From Minisyncoccota bacterium (GTDB lineage Bacteria; Patescibacteriota; Minisyncoccia; Phycocordibacterales; CAIZLB01), in contig JAIPIA010000002.1 in the NCBI GenBank assembly GCA_021734945.1, forward strand, positions 258,829 to 322,828: a stretch of DNA of 64,000 nucleotides, read 5' to 3'. Within the stretch, counting starts at the first letter, position 1; every line of letters starts with the position of its first letter. This document shows, one piece after another, positions 10,053 through 18,969 of the stretch. Under the pieces are notes generated by a model that was not told the origin of the DNA, did no database searches, and saw only the letters and a program-made list of their open reading frames with translations. Position numbers and translations under genes: made by a program.

Positions 10053-10895
10053 ATGCCTTATAATAAGGCCATGCACGAAACCAATGCAGGCAACTCAATC
10101 TTAAACGATTCAAACGAGCAGTTAGAAGAAGTGCTAACTTCGTTGGATTTACCGCCCATTTCTAGGAAGATATATATGCGACTCTTGGGGAACAAGAGCC
10201 TTAACGCCCGAATGTTAGCGGAGGCTTTAGATATTCCTCGTCCATCTGTGTATGACCATATTCGAATACTCCAGAACAAGAACCTAATTATTCCAAAAAA
10301 GCAGGACGGCAAGCTCTTTTTTAGTGCTAACGACCCTCATCACATACAGTCGTTAATAGATTTACAGGAAGCTAAATACAAGGAGATGAAAAAAGTCTTT
10401 GGAAACCTACTACCAAGACTCAAAACCGATGTCAGATCAGTTGATCCAAAAATTCAATTTTTCAGCGGCATCGAAGGAGTAAAAAGTGTTCAAAATGACA
10501 TACTCTGGTGTAAAGATACAGAGACTTACACAATGTGGCCAACTCAAGCTATGTTGGATCTTCTTGGACCTGAATACCTCGCCTGGCACAATAAAAGACG
10601 TGTCGAGCAAAATATATCTGTAAAAGTAATTCGCCAAGGACCGGTTATCGACGGACTTATTCATAGTTTCTTTCAAGAAGGTGAGGAAACGCTAAGAACT
10701 GTAAAATATTTAGCTGGGAGTGAAGCAATTAGTGGCTCAGAAACAACAGGGATTAGTATGAGTTATTGGATTTATGGAGACAAAGTAGCCTTTTTTGACT
10801 CATCAGATGAATTATATGGCTTCATTGTTCACTCAAATGCATTCTCAAATCTCATGACGATGCAATTCAATATATTGTGGGGGATTTTGAAATAG
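10053..10895 (+). CDS. TrmB-like HTH transcriptional regulator with uncharacterised C-terminal domain
   Basis: An N-terminal winged-HTH-like segment (ISRKIYMRLLGNKSLNARMLAEALDIPRPSVYDHIRILQNKNLI) resembles TrmB/MarR-type regulators. Confidence 0.4.
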   Translation: MPYNKAMHETNAGNSILNDSNEQLEEVLTSLDLPPISRKIYMRLLGNKSLNARMLAEALDIPRPSVYDHIRILQNKNLIIPKKQDGKLFFSANDPHHIQSLIDLQEAKYKEMKKVFGNLLPRLKTDVRSVDPKIQFFSGIEGVKSVQNDILWCKDTETYTMWPTQAMLDLLGPEYLAWHNKRRVEQNISVKVIRQGPVIDGLIHSFFQEGEETLRTVKYLAGSEAISGSETTGISMSYWIYGDKVAFFDSSDELYGFIVHSNAFSNLMTMQFNILWGILK

Positions 10896-10926
10896 GAAAG
10901 ATAATAATTGCTAGACTAAAATAGTA

Positions 10927-10953
10927 CAGTCCACCGTGGTTAGTGGTGGACTG
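10927..10953. terminator. bidirectional hairpin between convergent genes
   Basis: Perfect 9-bp stem cagtccacc...ggtggactg between the TrmB-like gene (+) and the lipoprotein gene (-). Confidence 0.4.
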
Positions 10954-10981
10954 CGTAGCAGAACAAAGAAAGTTCTGACCG

Positions 10982-11629
10982 TCATGAAGGTTCCATCATC
11001 TTAGGAACCTTCACAACAGGCTTTTTGTGTTGGGACCCTGAATTGGATGAAGAATTTTGACCCTTACCATTTGCTTCAACTCCTTCGGGAATGAATTCAA
11101 AGTAATAGATGCATTTACCGTCGGAATTAAAACCCTTGATTTTATGAGGTTCATCCTTCTTGTTCGACATCCTTACCAGAAATCTGTCGCAAAGTGGAAG
11201 TGTGGAGACAGGAGTACTGTACGATCCGATGTACTCAAAGAAACTAAATATTTTTCCCCCATCCACCGACTTCAGAGTGACTGTTATTCGAGGGCATATG
11301 CCGTACTTCGCCGAAGACTCCCCAGTATAAGGATTGATAATCGTGTAGACGAACGGTAACTCAGCGTGAGTAAAATTGAGAGCCTTGTATTCTGCACCAA
11401 AAGAGGTGCTTTCTTTCAAGGTAAACACAATCGAGTCTGAGACTTTTACTTTACCTCGATGCTTGGCTGGACTCGAATGGTGATTCAAGACATTGTCTGC
11501 GGCTTTTGAAATACCCTCCGACGCTTTTGCAAGCGCCCCACTGACACAGCCGGTCAATATGAGACTGAAAAAGGCCAACACAAAAGACAGAACTTGGACA
11601 ACGAACTTTGTTTTTTGAAGTGTTTTCAA
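10982..11629 (-). CDS. hypothetical lipoprotein
   Basis: Signal peptide with a lipobox (LILTGC) and no recognisable catalytic motif. Confidence 0.45.
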   Translation of the reverse strand: MKTLQKTKFVVQVLSFVLAFFSLILTGCVSGALAKASEGISKAADNVLNHHSSPAKHRGKVKVSDSIVFTLKESTSFGAEYKALNFTHAELPFVYTIINPYTGESSAKYGICPRITVTLKSVDGGKIFSFFEYIGSYSTPVSTLPLCDRFLVRMSNKKDEPHKIKGFNSDGKCIYYFEFIPEGVEANGKGQNSSSNSGSQHKKPVVKVPKMMEPS

Positions 11630-11771
11630 TTCTAATATGAATCTACTAATTCCTTTTCCACACAGATTATGCAGAAATTAGGTTAATCCTAGAAATTAAT
11701 AGATTCATCCTCCTGCACTTATACTATTCTCATATCAAAAAGAGTCAATAAAGTGTGAAATCAAGATCAAA

Positions 11772-11808
11772 ACAAAAACCACCGCTCTTTCGAGAAGTGG
11801 TTTTTGTT
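11772..11808 (-). terminator. intrinsic terminator downstream of rpsG
   Basis: aaaaaccaccgctctttcgagaagtggttttt is an 8-bp stem flanked by A and T runs. Confidence 0.6.
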
Positions 11809-11873
11809 TACTAGTGTCGGGTACCCAGAGTATACACAACGGGTACTTGAGGCACATGTTGTAGTTTGGACTT

Positions 11874-12344
11874 TTACCAAGCAAAGTGAGCAAAGGCCTT
11901 GTTGGCTTCTGCCATTTTGTGTGTGTTTTCCTTCTTTCGAACTGCTTCACCTTCATTCTTAGCTGCTGCGATGAGTTCATCTGCGAGCTTCTCATGCATA
12001 GGTGCTCCTTTCTTTGATCGGGCTGCATCGATAATCCACTTCATTGAGAGGTAGAGTCGTCGTTCAGGTCGAACTTCTCGAGGAACCTGGTAGTTTGCAC
12101 CACCAACTCGTCGTGATCGCACTTCAACTGCAGGTGCAGTGTTCTTGAGAGCCGTATTGAAGATTTCAATAGGGTTTTCAGTTTTCATCTTTTCAGCGAT
12201 TGTGTCGAATGACCGGTACACAATTGCGATAGCTGTTGTCTTCTTTCCTGACCACATACAGTAGTTGATGAACTTACCAACTTCTGCTGAGTCGTACTTG
12301 AGATCAGCCTTGGCTATATTACGATTTTTTACTTTTCGTCGCAT
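11874..12344 (-). CDS. rpsG: 30S ribosomal protein S7
   Basis: MRRKVKNRNIA...GKKTTAIAIVY...VEVRSRRVGGANYQVP is typical S7. Confidence 0.9.
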   Translation of the reverse strand: MRRKVKNRNIAKADLKYDSAEVGKFINYCMWSGKKTTAIAIVYRSFDTIAEKMKTENPIEIFNTALKNTAPAVEVRSRRVGGANYQVPREVRPERRLYLSMKWIIDAARSKKGAPMHEKLADELIAAAKNEGEAVRKKENTHKMAEANKAFAHFAW

Positions 12345-12475
12345 TTTATTGGAAAATGTTAGGGGAAATTGTCTAATAATTCGCAGATTTTATTCAGTTT
12401 GACGCTTCATTGCGCTGACTTACTCTGCTTCTTGTACGATGTATTTCTCATCGCGATCCCTTGAGGGGATAAGTC

Positions 12476-12895
12476 TTACTTCTTTGCTGCTTTTGGTCGT
12501 TTTGTTCCGTATCCTGATCGTCCTTTTCGTCGTTTTTCAACGCCTGCACAGTCGAGAACTCCTCGAACTACTGTATATCTGATACCAACATCCTTTACTC
12601 GTCCACCTCGTAGAAGTACTACGGAGTGTTCTTGTAGGTTGTGTCCCATACCAGGGATATACGCTGTAACTTCAAGACCATTTGTAAGTCGTACTCGGCA
12701 AATCTTTCGAATCGCTGAGTTAGGCTTCTTTGGAGTCTTTGTTGTTACCTTTGTACAAACGCCTTTCTTAAACGGTGAATCGTAAAAGACAGGTCGGTTC
12801 TGAAGAACGTTGAAACCTCGAGTAAGAGCGATAGCCTTACTCTTTTTCTTCGCCTTCGATCGACTTTTCTTTACTAATTGATTAAGTGTAGGCAT
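12476..12895 (-). CDS. rpsL: 30S ribosomal protein S12
   Basis: [15 protein letters not shown]...[19 protein letters not shown]...[14 protein letters not shown] is typical S12. Confidence 0.92.
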   Translation of the reverse strand: MPTLNQLVKKSRSKAKKKSKAIALTRGFNVLQNRPVFYDSPFKKGVCTKVTTKTPKKPNSAIRKICRVRLTNGLEVTAYIPGMGHNLQEHSVVLLRGGRVKDVGIRYTVVRGVLDCAGVEKRRKGRSGYGTKRPKAAKK

Positions 12896-13080
12896 GTGCC
12901 TTTGTTTTAATTAATTTGTTAATAATGACTTTAGAAACAAAAAATTTTGGAAATTTCCAAAATAGTCTTATTTTAAGCCTATTGTTAGATCCATCACGTG
13001 TTCCGCACGCTTTGAAACTAGAAATAAAATGCTTCGAAAAAGCACTTGTTAGAAGATTACTATATATATGGCTCGTAAGC

Positions 13081-13148
13081 AAGGTGAAACACTTGTGCAA
13101 AGCCAAGGTGAAACACTTGTACAGAGGACAAGGTGAAACACTTGTGCA
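13081..13148. repeat. three tandem direct repeats (about 24-25 bp period; core aaggtgaaacacttgt[g/a]ca) in the rpsL upstream region
   Basis: Three copies are visible at 13081, 13105 and 13130; copies 1 and 3 are identical over 19 nt. Confidence 0.7.
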
Positions 13149-13167
13149 GAGAACAACCACAATCACA

Positions 13168-13773
13168 TTAAATCCCTACAAAAACCCTATACACCCAGAA
13201 AATAACAGGTACGAAGTACTGCCATACAAAGAAAATGAAGAAAAGAGTAGCAAATAAGCCATATGTTGCGTAAAATCGGTTCAACTGCTCGCTAGATTGA
13301 TATGGAAGGATATTGGAAAGAATCTTTGAACCATCGAGAGGAGGTAGAGGCACGAGATTAAACAATGCAAGCACAAGGTTAATAAGGATTGTCATAGATA
13401 AAATAGCAAGAGTGGCATCAGGTAGAATAGTCCCAAAAGTACGCAGTACAATTGACCCAAGGAGTGCTATTAGGATATTAGAAAGAGGTCCAGCAAAAGC
13501 AACAAAAAACTCGCTTGTACGGCCATTTTTGAGGTTGTAGGGGTTATACGGAACTGGTTTAGCCCAACCAAACATAAGACTGCCCGGCAAAAGGGCACAG
13601 AGGAGTGGCACAACGATTGAACCCATTGGATCAATGTGCTTTATAGGGTTTAAAGTTAAGCGTCCTTGGTATTGTGCTGTACGATCGCCCTGCCACAAAG
13701 CAGCTAAACCATGGGACACCTCATGGACTACTATAGATATAATTAGTATTGCGAGATTGAAAAGTGAGGACAT
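13168..13773 (-). CDS. site-2-protease-family zinc metalloprotease (peptidase M50-like, minimal form)
   Basis: Contains the HEVSHG (HExxH) and LPPLDG (LDG) motifs within predicted TM helices. Confidence 0.55.
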   Translation of the reverse strand: MSSLFNLAILIISIVVHEVSHGLAALWQGDRTAQYQGRLTLNPIKHIDPMGSIVVPLLCALLPGSLMFGWAKPVPYNPYNLKNGRTSEFFVAFAGPLSNILIALLGSIVLRTFGTILPDATLAILSMTILINLVLALFNLVPLPPLDGSKILSNILPYQSSEQLNRFYATYGLFATLFFIFFVWQYFVPVIFWVYRVFVGI

Positions 13774-13926
13774 ATTGGATGAATTAGGATATAAGTAACA
13801 TATTAGGACAATATTGAGTCTTATAGCTGTATGTCTATATTAACACAAGGGATTCACTATACTGACACAAGAACCTCATTTAAAACATTTGCTAATCGTT
13901 AAAAATATGATAGCATGCTCCTACAT

Positions 13927-14169
13927 ATGGCAAAAGTATGCGCAATAACTAAAAAAGGTTCTATGGTGGCTGGAGGGTATTCAAACCGAACTCGAGCAAC
14001 CAAATTCAACCCAACAGGGATGAAGAGAAAGTACCCAAACCTTCAGAAGAAGCGAATTTATATTCCTGAACTCCAGAAGTCTATGACTGTGACTATTTCA
14101 ACAAAGGCACTCAAGACTATCCAGAAGAACGGAGCATTCGCAACATTCAAAAAGGCAGGTCTTATCTAA
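13927..14169 (+). CDS. rpmB: 50S ribosomal protein L28
   Basis: MAKVCAITKKGSMVAGGYSNRTRATKFNP...ISTKALKTI is L28-like. The ORF extends to 13915. Confidence 0.75.
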   Translation: MAKVCAITKKGSMVAGGYSNRTRATKFNPTGMKRKYPNLQKKRIYIPELQKSMTVTISTKALKTIQKNGAFATFKKAGLI

Positions 14170-14339
14170 ATTATAAACGGACGCCAGGCGGTGGATGGAG
14201 CATAGGATAGACAACAGACCGCATCGGGGCGTAAAAATAAAGACTTCTCAGAGATGGGGAGTTTTTATTTTTATTTTTGCTCTATAACCATGCTCAGTTG
14301 AGTGATTGATTTCCAATGAGGATGCGTGAGTATCATATA

Positions 14340-14359
14340 CCCGAAGTACATACTTCGGG
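14340..14359. terminator. hairpin between convergent rpmB and ComEC MBL genes
   Basis: cccgaagtacatacttcggg has a perfect stem. Confidence 0.35.
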
Positions 14360-14402
14360 TACTCAACACGTCTATGACACAAACGAAATGTAATACTGAT
14401 AA

Positions 14403-15566
14403 TTATTTAGAAGTCTTTATAGTGAGATTCTTAGCATCAGAATAAAAGCTAATCGTCCCATCAATATCTGTTCTTAGAGTTCGCCTAAAATTTGAATCTT
14501 TTTCTTTAAATGCGTTCAAATTATCCAAAACTATTTTATGTGGATGATTATAACGATTACCAATTCCAGCGGAAATAACTGCGAAATTAGGTGAAACCAC
14601 ATTTAGAAAATTCGGTGAGGTTGAAGTTTTTGACCCATGATGACCTAATTTTAAAACATCAGCGTGTATTCTTTCTCCATATTTTTTAATAATAAAATCC
14701 TCCACTTCAATCGGCGCATCGCCCGTTAGAATAAATGAAGTACTACCAAATGTAAGCTTTCCTACAACCGAATTTAAATTCGTTTCTGTACTCAAAAATT
14801 TTAAGCATGGATTTCTTTTTTGTGTTTTAGATATGGTCTTTGATTTTATCTTATTCTGTCCACTACTCTCATTTTTATTTTGCATACCATTTTTGCACTT
14901 TTGGTATGCTTCAATTTGAAAGTCAAAGTCAGGGAAGAGAACATCAAAATGCACATTATCTTGTTGATCTAAGACAATACTCATTCCTGCTGTAAGAGTC
15001 AAAAGCCTTTGATGCATTTGAGGCGATGTATCATGAATATTTTTTTCTTTGAGTTTTGCAATTAGATCTGTGTCACCAATCGACGTCATTAAATCTTTGA
15101 AGATTTTAGTTTCCGAACTTAATCCAGAGAATGTGAATCTCTGAAATCCAAACTTCTCTATTACTTTTTTCATCGAACCGATGTGGTCTGCATCTGCATG
15201 TGTTGCAAGTAAGATATTTAAATTACGGTCAAATATATTTTTAAACTTTTGGATCTCAGAAATTACTTTTTCGTTTTGAGGTCCGCTGTCAATGAGCATA
15301 GAATTGCTATTTCCAACTTGTATTAAAATTGCGTCACCTTGACCTACATCTAAAAAATGAACCTGCAGTTTTGATTTTGTATTATTTAGACTTTGAAAAA
15401 TGTAACCTACAAACGCAAAACTAAATATCACAAAAAGTAGAAATAGCATCCCAATTGTTTTGTGATTTTTCAAAACTTTTTGGAATATTTCGGCCCAAAT
15501 TTGCGCATGATTTGTTAAATTTTGTGGCAGTTTTTGAGATGTCTCTGTGTGGTATACTTTGCTCAT
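14403..15566 (-). CDS. ComEC/Rec2-type metallo-beta-lactamase domain protein (C-terminal module of ComEC as a separate ORF)
   Basis: N-terminal TM helix, then MBL motifs (FLDVGQGDAILIQ, LLATHADADHIG, GDAPIE, KLGHHGSKTS) typical of the ComEC C-terminal domain. Confidence 0.65.
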   Translation of the reverse strand: MSKVYHTETSQKLPQNLTNHAQIWAEIFQKVLKNHKTIGMLFLLFVIFSFAFVGYIFQSLNNTKSKLQVHFLDVGQGDAILIQVGNSNSMLIDSGPQNEKVISEIQKFKNIFDRNLNILLATHADADHIGSMKKVIEKFGFQRFTFSGLSSETKIFKDLMTSIGDTDLIAKLKEKNIHDTSPQMHQRLLTLTAGMSIVLDQQDNVHFDVLFPDFDFQIEAYQKCKNGMQNKNESSGQNKIKSKTISKTQKRNPCLKFLSTETNLNSVVGKLTFGSTSFILTGDAPIEVEDFIIKKYGERIHADVLKLGHHGSKTSTSPNFLNVVSPNFAVISAGIGNRYNHPHKIVLDNLNAFKEKDSNFRRTLRTDIDGTISFYSDAKNLTIKTSK

Positions 15567-15601
15567 TATTAGGTTTGTTACTTTATGATTAATTTATACA
15601 T

Positions 15602-16207
15602 ATGACATTTACTGAAAGAAAATTCGACATTAAAAAACTTGAGGGTATTTCAGAGAATTCCATTAATGAGCACCTTAAACTATATGCAGGATATGTTAAA
15701 CATTCGAATGTCATCATAGACAAAATAAATGTATTGGCATCTGACATTGAATCTAACTCTTATATTATCGGAGAACTTCAACGAAGATTTGGATTTGAAT
15801 TTGATGGAATGAGAAACCATGAATACTATTTTGAACAGCTTGAAAATGGACCAGTTGATATAGACATGACGGCTTCTTTCGTAACAAAAGTTACTGAGAC
15901 TTTTGGAACATTTGATGCATGGGTTTCTCGTTTTAAAAGTCTTGCTATGACTCGTGGAATTGGATGGGCTATTTTATATTACGACCCTGAAACAGACAGA
16001 CTCTTAAACGCTTGGATTGATGAACAACATCTAGGACATTTAACTTCTCTAAAAGTCATCTTGGCATTAGATATGTGGGAGCACTCATACATGCTTGATT
16101 ACGTGCCTTCTGAGAAGAAAAAATATGTTGAAGCATTCTTTACAAACCTCAATTGGAAATGCGTTACAGAACGTTTTTCAAAGGCCGTTTCACAGAAAAG
16201 TCTGTAA
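15602..16207 (+). CDS. sodA: Fe/Mn superoxide dismutase (divergent N-terminal region)
   Basis: DMWEHSYMLDY signature (D-x-W-E-H-x-Y) and NHEYYF, with conserved His/Asp metal ligands; 201 aa. Confidence 0.7.
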   Translation: MTFTERKFDIKKLEGISENSINEHLKLYAGYVKHSNVIIDKINVLASDIESNSYIIGELQRRFGFEFDGMRNHEYYFEQLENGPVDIDMTASFVTKVTETFGTFDAWVSRFKSLAMTRGIGWAILYYDPETDRLLNAWIDEQHLGHLTSLKVILALDMWEHSYMLDYVPSEKKKYVEAFFTNLNWKCVTERFSKAVSQKSL

Positions 16208-16371
16208 CACCGCAAGACCCTCTCGTGGTGATTACCAAGATTTATTTTTTGATTCTAGATGCGAGAGAAGTGGTCAGAATCAATACACATTCTCTTCCGA
16301 GATAGCAAAAAGCCCTCTCAGGATAATAAAAACAACCTCTTTCACATGTTACACAGAGGTTGTTTTTATTT

Positions 16372-17937
16372 TTATGAGGGTGCAATCATTTGAACTGAGC
16401 CCATCTTTTCAGAAAGCGATTTTCCCGTATTTAAAAAAATACTAATCAAAATAACGATAAAATACATCCCAAAAAAAATTAGTGGGGTTATTGGTGGTAA
16501 TGTAATTGCCGCGAATGGTAGTGCTGAAAAATAACCTACAGTGACTAGTTCATATTTGAGCAGTACCCATGAAACGAACGCTGGCAAAAATGCCAAAAGC
16601 GATGTCATGAAACTAATAACACCAGTTAGAAACACGAACAACATAGTGAGGGGAATAAGGGGTAAGACAAGAGCATTAACAGGTATTGCCACCAATGAAA
16701 CAACTCCAGAAAATTTTATAATAAATGGCAGAGTAAAAATTTGAGTAGCAATAGTAGTCGCAATCAGAGATACAAAACTTTGTGGTATATATTTTAAAGA
16801 CGAAGAAAGAAGACTGCTTAAACTTTGAAGTTTGTCCTTTGTCCTTTTCAAAATATCCTCAATCGGACTTCCTAAAAATATTAGTCCGAGAGTTGCCATA
16901 AAACTTAATTGAAAAGATGGGTCATGCAAAAGGAGTTTTGGATTTTGAAAAAGCATTAAAAAACCTGCAACAATAAGTGAGACTAATGCTGAATTATTCC
17001 GCCCAGATAAGCGTGCATATATTCCTATAATAGACATAATGACCGATCTACAAACAGTTGCTCCACCACCAGTCATCACGCCAAATAAAATTATTCCCAC
17101 TGAGCCAAAAATACCTCCCCAAAACTTTGGAAGAAATGAGAAAAATTTACTTATTGCCTCACCTACAATTGAAACATTTGAACCAGACAAAACTACGATG
17201 TGTATTAACCCCACTTTTTGAAATTGTTCCTGCAGTTCTTTATCCAAGGAACCTTTGCCAGATATGATTAAACCAGTCGCCAAAAATGCATATGGTGCTG
17301 GCAAAATATCTTCAATATTCTGCATAAATTTGCGCTTAATCAAATATAGGGTTTGTGTAATTTTGTCAGCCTGACCAGTACCAATCAAATGAACATTTTC
17401 AGCATCTGCTATATAAAAAATATTATCCTTTTGCAAGAAATACTCATAATCAAAATCTCTACCATCTGAACCCTCAATCAGTTTTGGTTTTGTTATTTTT
17501 GCATCAAAGCGTATATAATCGCCATATGTGGGTCTATTCAAATTCGCAGAATTTGAATACTGCTCGACACTGGAATTAACACTAGAATTCTTGAGTTCTG
17601 TTGTTCGACTTTTTTCCTTAACTAAAATTTTTGATCCTCTATCAGATAATATTTTTGGATTAGTCCCGATATCAGTACTATTATTTTTAACCAGAACCTC
17701 ATACTTCCAGTATGTCTTTTTGAATTCTGGGTCTGAGATAATTATTCCTTCAAACTGAAAGCTTTTATTCTGATCAAATAAATTCTTTAAATACGTATTA
17801 TCAAAATCGGCGTAACAATATCGGACCGTGACAAATAAAGTAGATAGCATAAATAGCAGAAAGTATGCGAACTTTCTTTTAATTATCCCCGCATCTTTGA
17901 CTGAAAATAACTCACTTTTAATATCTTGCCCTTGCAT
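16372..17937 (-). CDS. comEC: ComEC/Rec2 competence channel protein (DUF4131 + Competence domains, no MBL domain)
   Basis: Polytopic membrane protein. The C-terminal half carries a competence-domain-like Pro/Leu-rich TM core (VAIPVNALVLPLIPLTMLFV...). Confidence 0.6.
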   Translation of the reverse strand: MQGQDIKSELFSVKDAGIIKRKFAYFLLFMLSTLFVTVRYCYADFDNTYLKNLFDQNKSFQFEGIIISDPEFKKTYWKYEVLVKNNSTDIGTNPKILSDRGSKILVKEKSRTTELKNSSVNSSVEQYSNSANLNRPTYGDYIRFDAKITKPKLIEGSDGRDFDYEYFLQKDNIFYIADAENVHLIGTGQADKITQTLYLIKRKFMQNIEDILPAPYAFLATGLIISGKGSLDKELQEQFQKVGLIHIVVLSGSNVSIVGEAISKFFSFLPKFWGGIFGSVGIILFGVMTGGGATVCRSVIMSIIGIYARLSGRNNSALVSLIVAGFLMLFQNPKLLLHDPSFQLSFMATLGLIFLGSPIEDILKRTKDKLQSLSSLLSSSLKYIPQSFVSLIATTIATQIFTLPFIIKFSGVVSLVAIPVNALVLPLIPLTMLFVFLTGVISFMTSLLAFLPAFVSWVLLKYELVTVGYFSALPFAAITLPPITPLIFFGMYFIVILISIFLNTGKSLSEKMGSVQMIAPS

Positions 17938-17971
17938 CCCCTCATTATAGTGAGAGAGGTGAAACTTTGTA

Positions 17972-18790
17972 TCAATTTTTCTTAAACTCAGATTTTATAT
18001 TTTCTTCATCAGATTTTGAAGTTGATTTTTTGAATCGCGCCTTACTTTTACCTTTTACTCTAGCTTCGCACTCGGCCCATGTCGCATGAGTTTTTAGTTC
18101 ACCATCAACCATACTGACATATGAATATGCGAGTTTACCTGAACTTGAACTTTTCTTTCTCGCTTTCAATTTATCTTTTGCTCCCTGATTTACAGCTTCG
18201 AGATTTAAAATATCAGCGCCCATATCTGAAGCTTGATAGTTAGCAAGTGTACCTGTAAAAAGATTGATATTTTTCTTTGCTTCATCACTCGTTCCTTTTG
18301 CATCTGCAAAGGCTGTAGCTATAACATCACATCGTTCGTTTCCGAAAACGCCAGCATGGCCCTCTATGAGATTCCATTTCGTTTTAAGTCCACGACCATA
18401 CATAAGAGCGTCGAGATCTTTCCACTCTTCTCGATTCTTAACTTCTTCCTTACCAGCAGTTATCCAATTATTTTTCTTCCAGCCATGTATCCATTGTGTA
18501 GCGCCCTGTAGCACATACTTTGAATCTACATAAAAATTGAATGTATGTTCTTTGAGTTCAATATCACTGTAATAGCCCACAAAATTTTTAATCCCCTCTA
18601 TGACCGCTTGAAGCTCCATCTTATTGTTTGTAGTGAGGTCTTCTCTACCACCAAGCTCATCCACCATCATCTCCCCGTGAGCATTTGGATAAATAGCTAC
18701 TACTCCATACCCCCCTCTTCCAGGATTACCTCTAGATGAGCCGTCTGTAAATATGATTATGTCTTTATCTTTTATTGAAAGGGTTTTCAT
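17972..18790 (-). CDS. rnhA: ribonuclease HI fused to a C-terminal hybrid-binding (Cauli_VI-like) domain
   Basis: N-terminal DGSSRGNPGRGGYGVV...MELQAV...HAG is the RNase H fold with the DEDD residues. The C-terminal LAYSYVSMVDGELKTHATWAECEARVKGKSKARFKK matches the HBD consensus Y.V..G...G.Y..W.EC...V.G...A.YKKF. Confidence 0.75.
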   Translation of the reverse strand: MKTLSIKDKDIIIFTDGSSRGNPGRGGYGVVAIYPNAHGEMMVDELGGREDLTTNNKMELQAVIEGIKNFVGYYSDIELKEHTFNFYVDSKYVLQGATQWIHGWKKNNWITAGKEEVKNREEWKDLDALMYGRGLKTKWNLIEGHAGVFGNERCDVIATAFADAKGTSDEAKKNINLFTGTLANYQASDMGADILNLEAVNQGAKDKLKARKKSSSSGKLAYSYVSMVDGELKTHATWAECEARVKGKSKARFKKSTSKSDEENIKSEFKKN

Positions 18791-18800
18791 GGGGGGGGGG
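18791..18800. repeat. G10 homopolymer (C10 on the coding strand) immediately 5' of the rnhA start codon
   Basis: gggggggggg at 18791-18800 abuts the cat (ATG) at 18788-18790 and replaces any SD sequence. Confidence 0.9.
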
Positions 18801-18969
18801 TGTAATGATTTAAATTTGGAATGTTGTGATTGGAATATATGATATCACACACACTTTATGCAGCCCGTGATGTTTATGTGTATTAGATACGGCGATATGC
18901 TGAAATATTAAGCAATACAAAAGCCCACATAACGGACCTTTGTAGGTTAAGGTTGCTCGAATGTGGGCT

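Noticed and set aside
13081-13148. Tandem repeats considered as a CRISPR array
   Set aside because: There are only three copies, with 5-6-nt spacers and a 24-25-bp period, and no cas genes. It is a tandem direct repeat, not a CRISPR.
15602-16207. Suspected loss of metal-binding His in the SOD N-terminus
   Set aside because: Alignment to the HHxKHH region shows the first (ligand) His is retained (NEHLKLY), and the other ligands (NHEYYF, DMWEH) are intact. It is divergent but probably functional.
16095-16445. 116-aa plus-strand ORF after sod
   Set aside because: It overlaps the sod 3' end and the ComEC terminator region, and has no motifs or RBS.
18233-18739. Three plus-strand ORFs (92, 89 and 64 aa)
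   Set aside because: They are antisense to the rnhA coding sequence.
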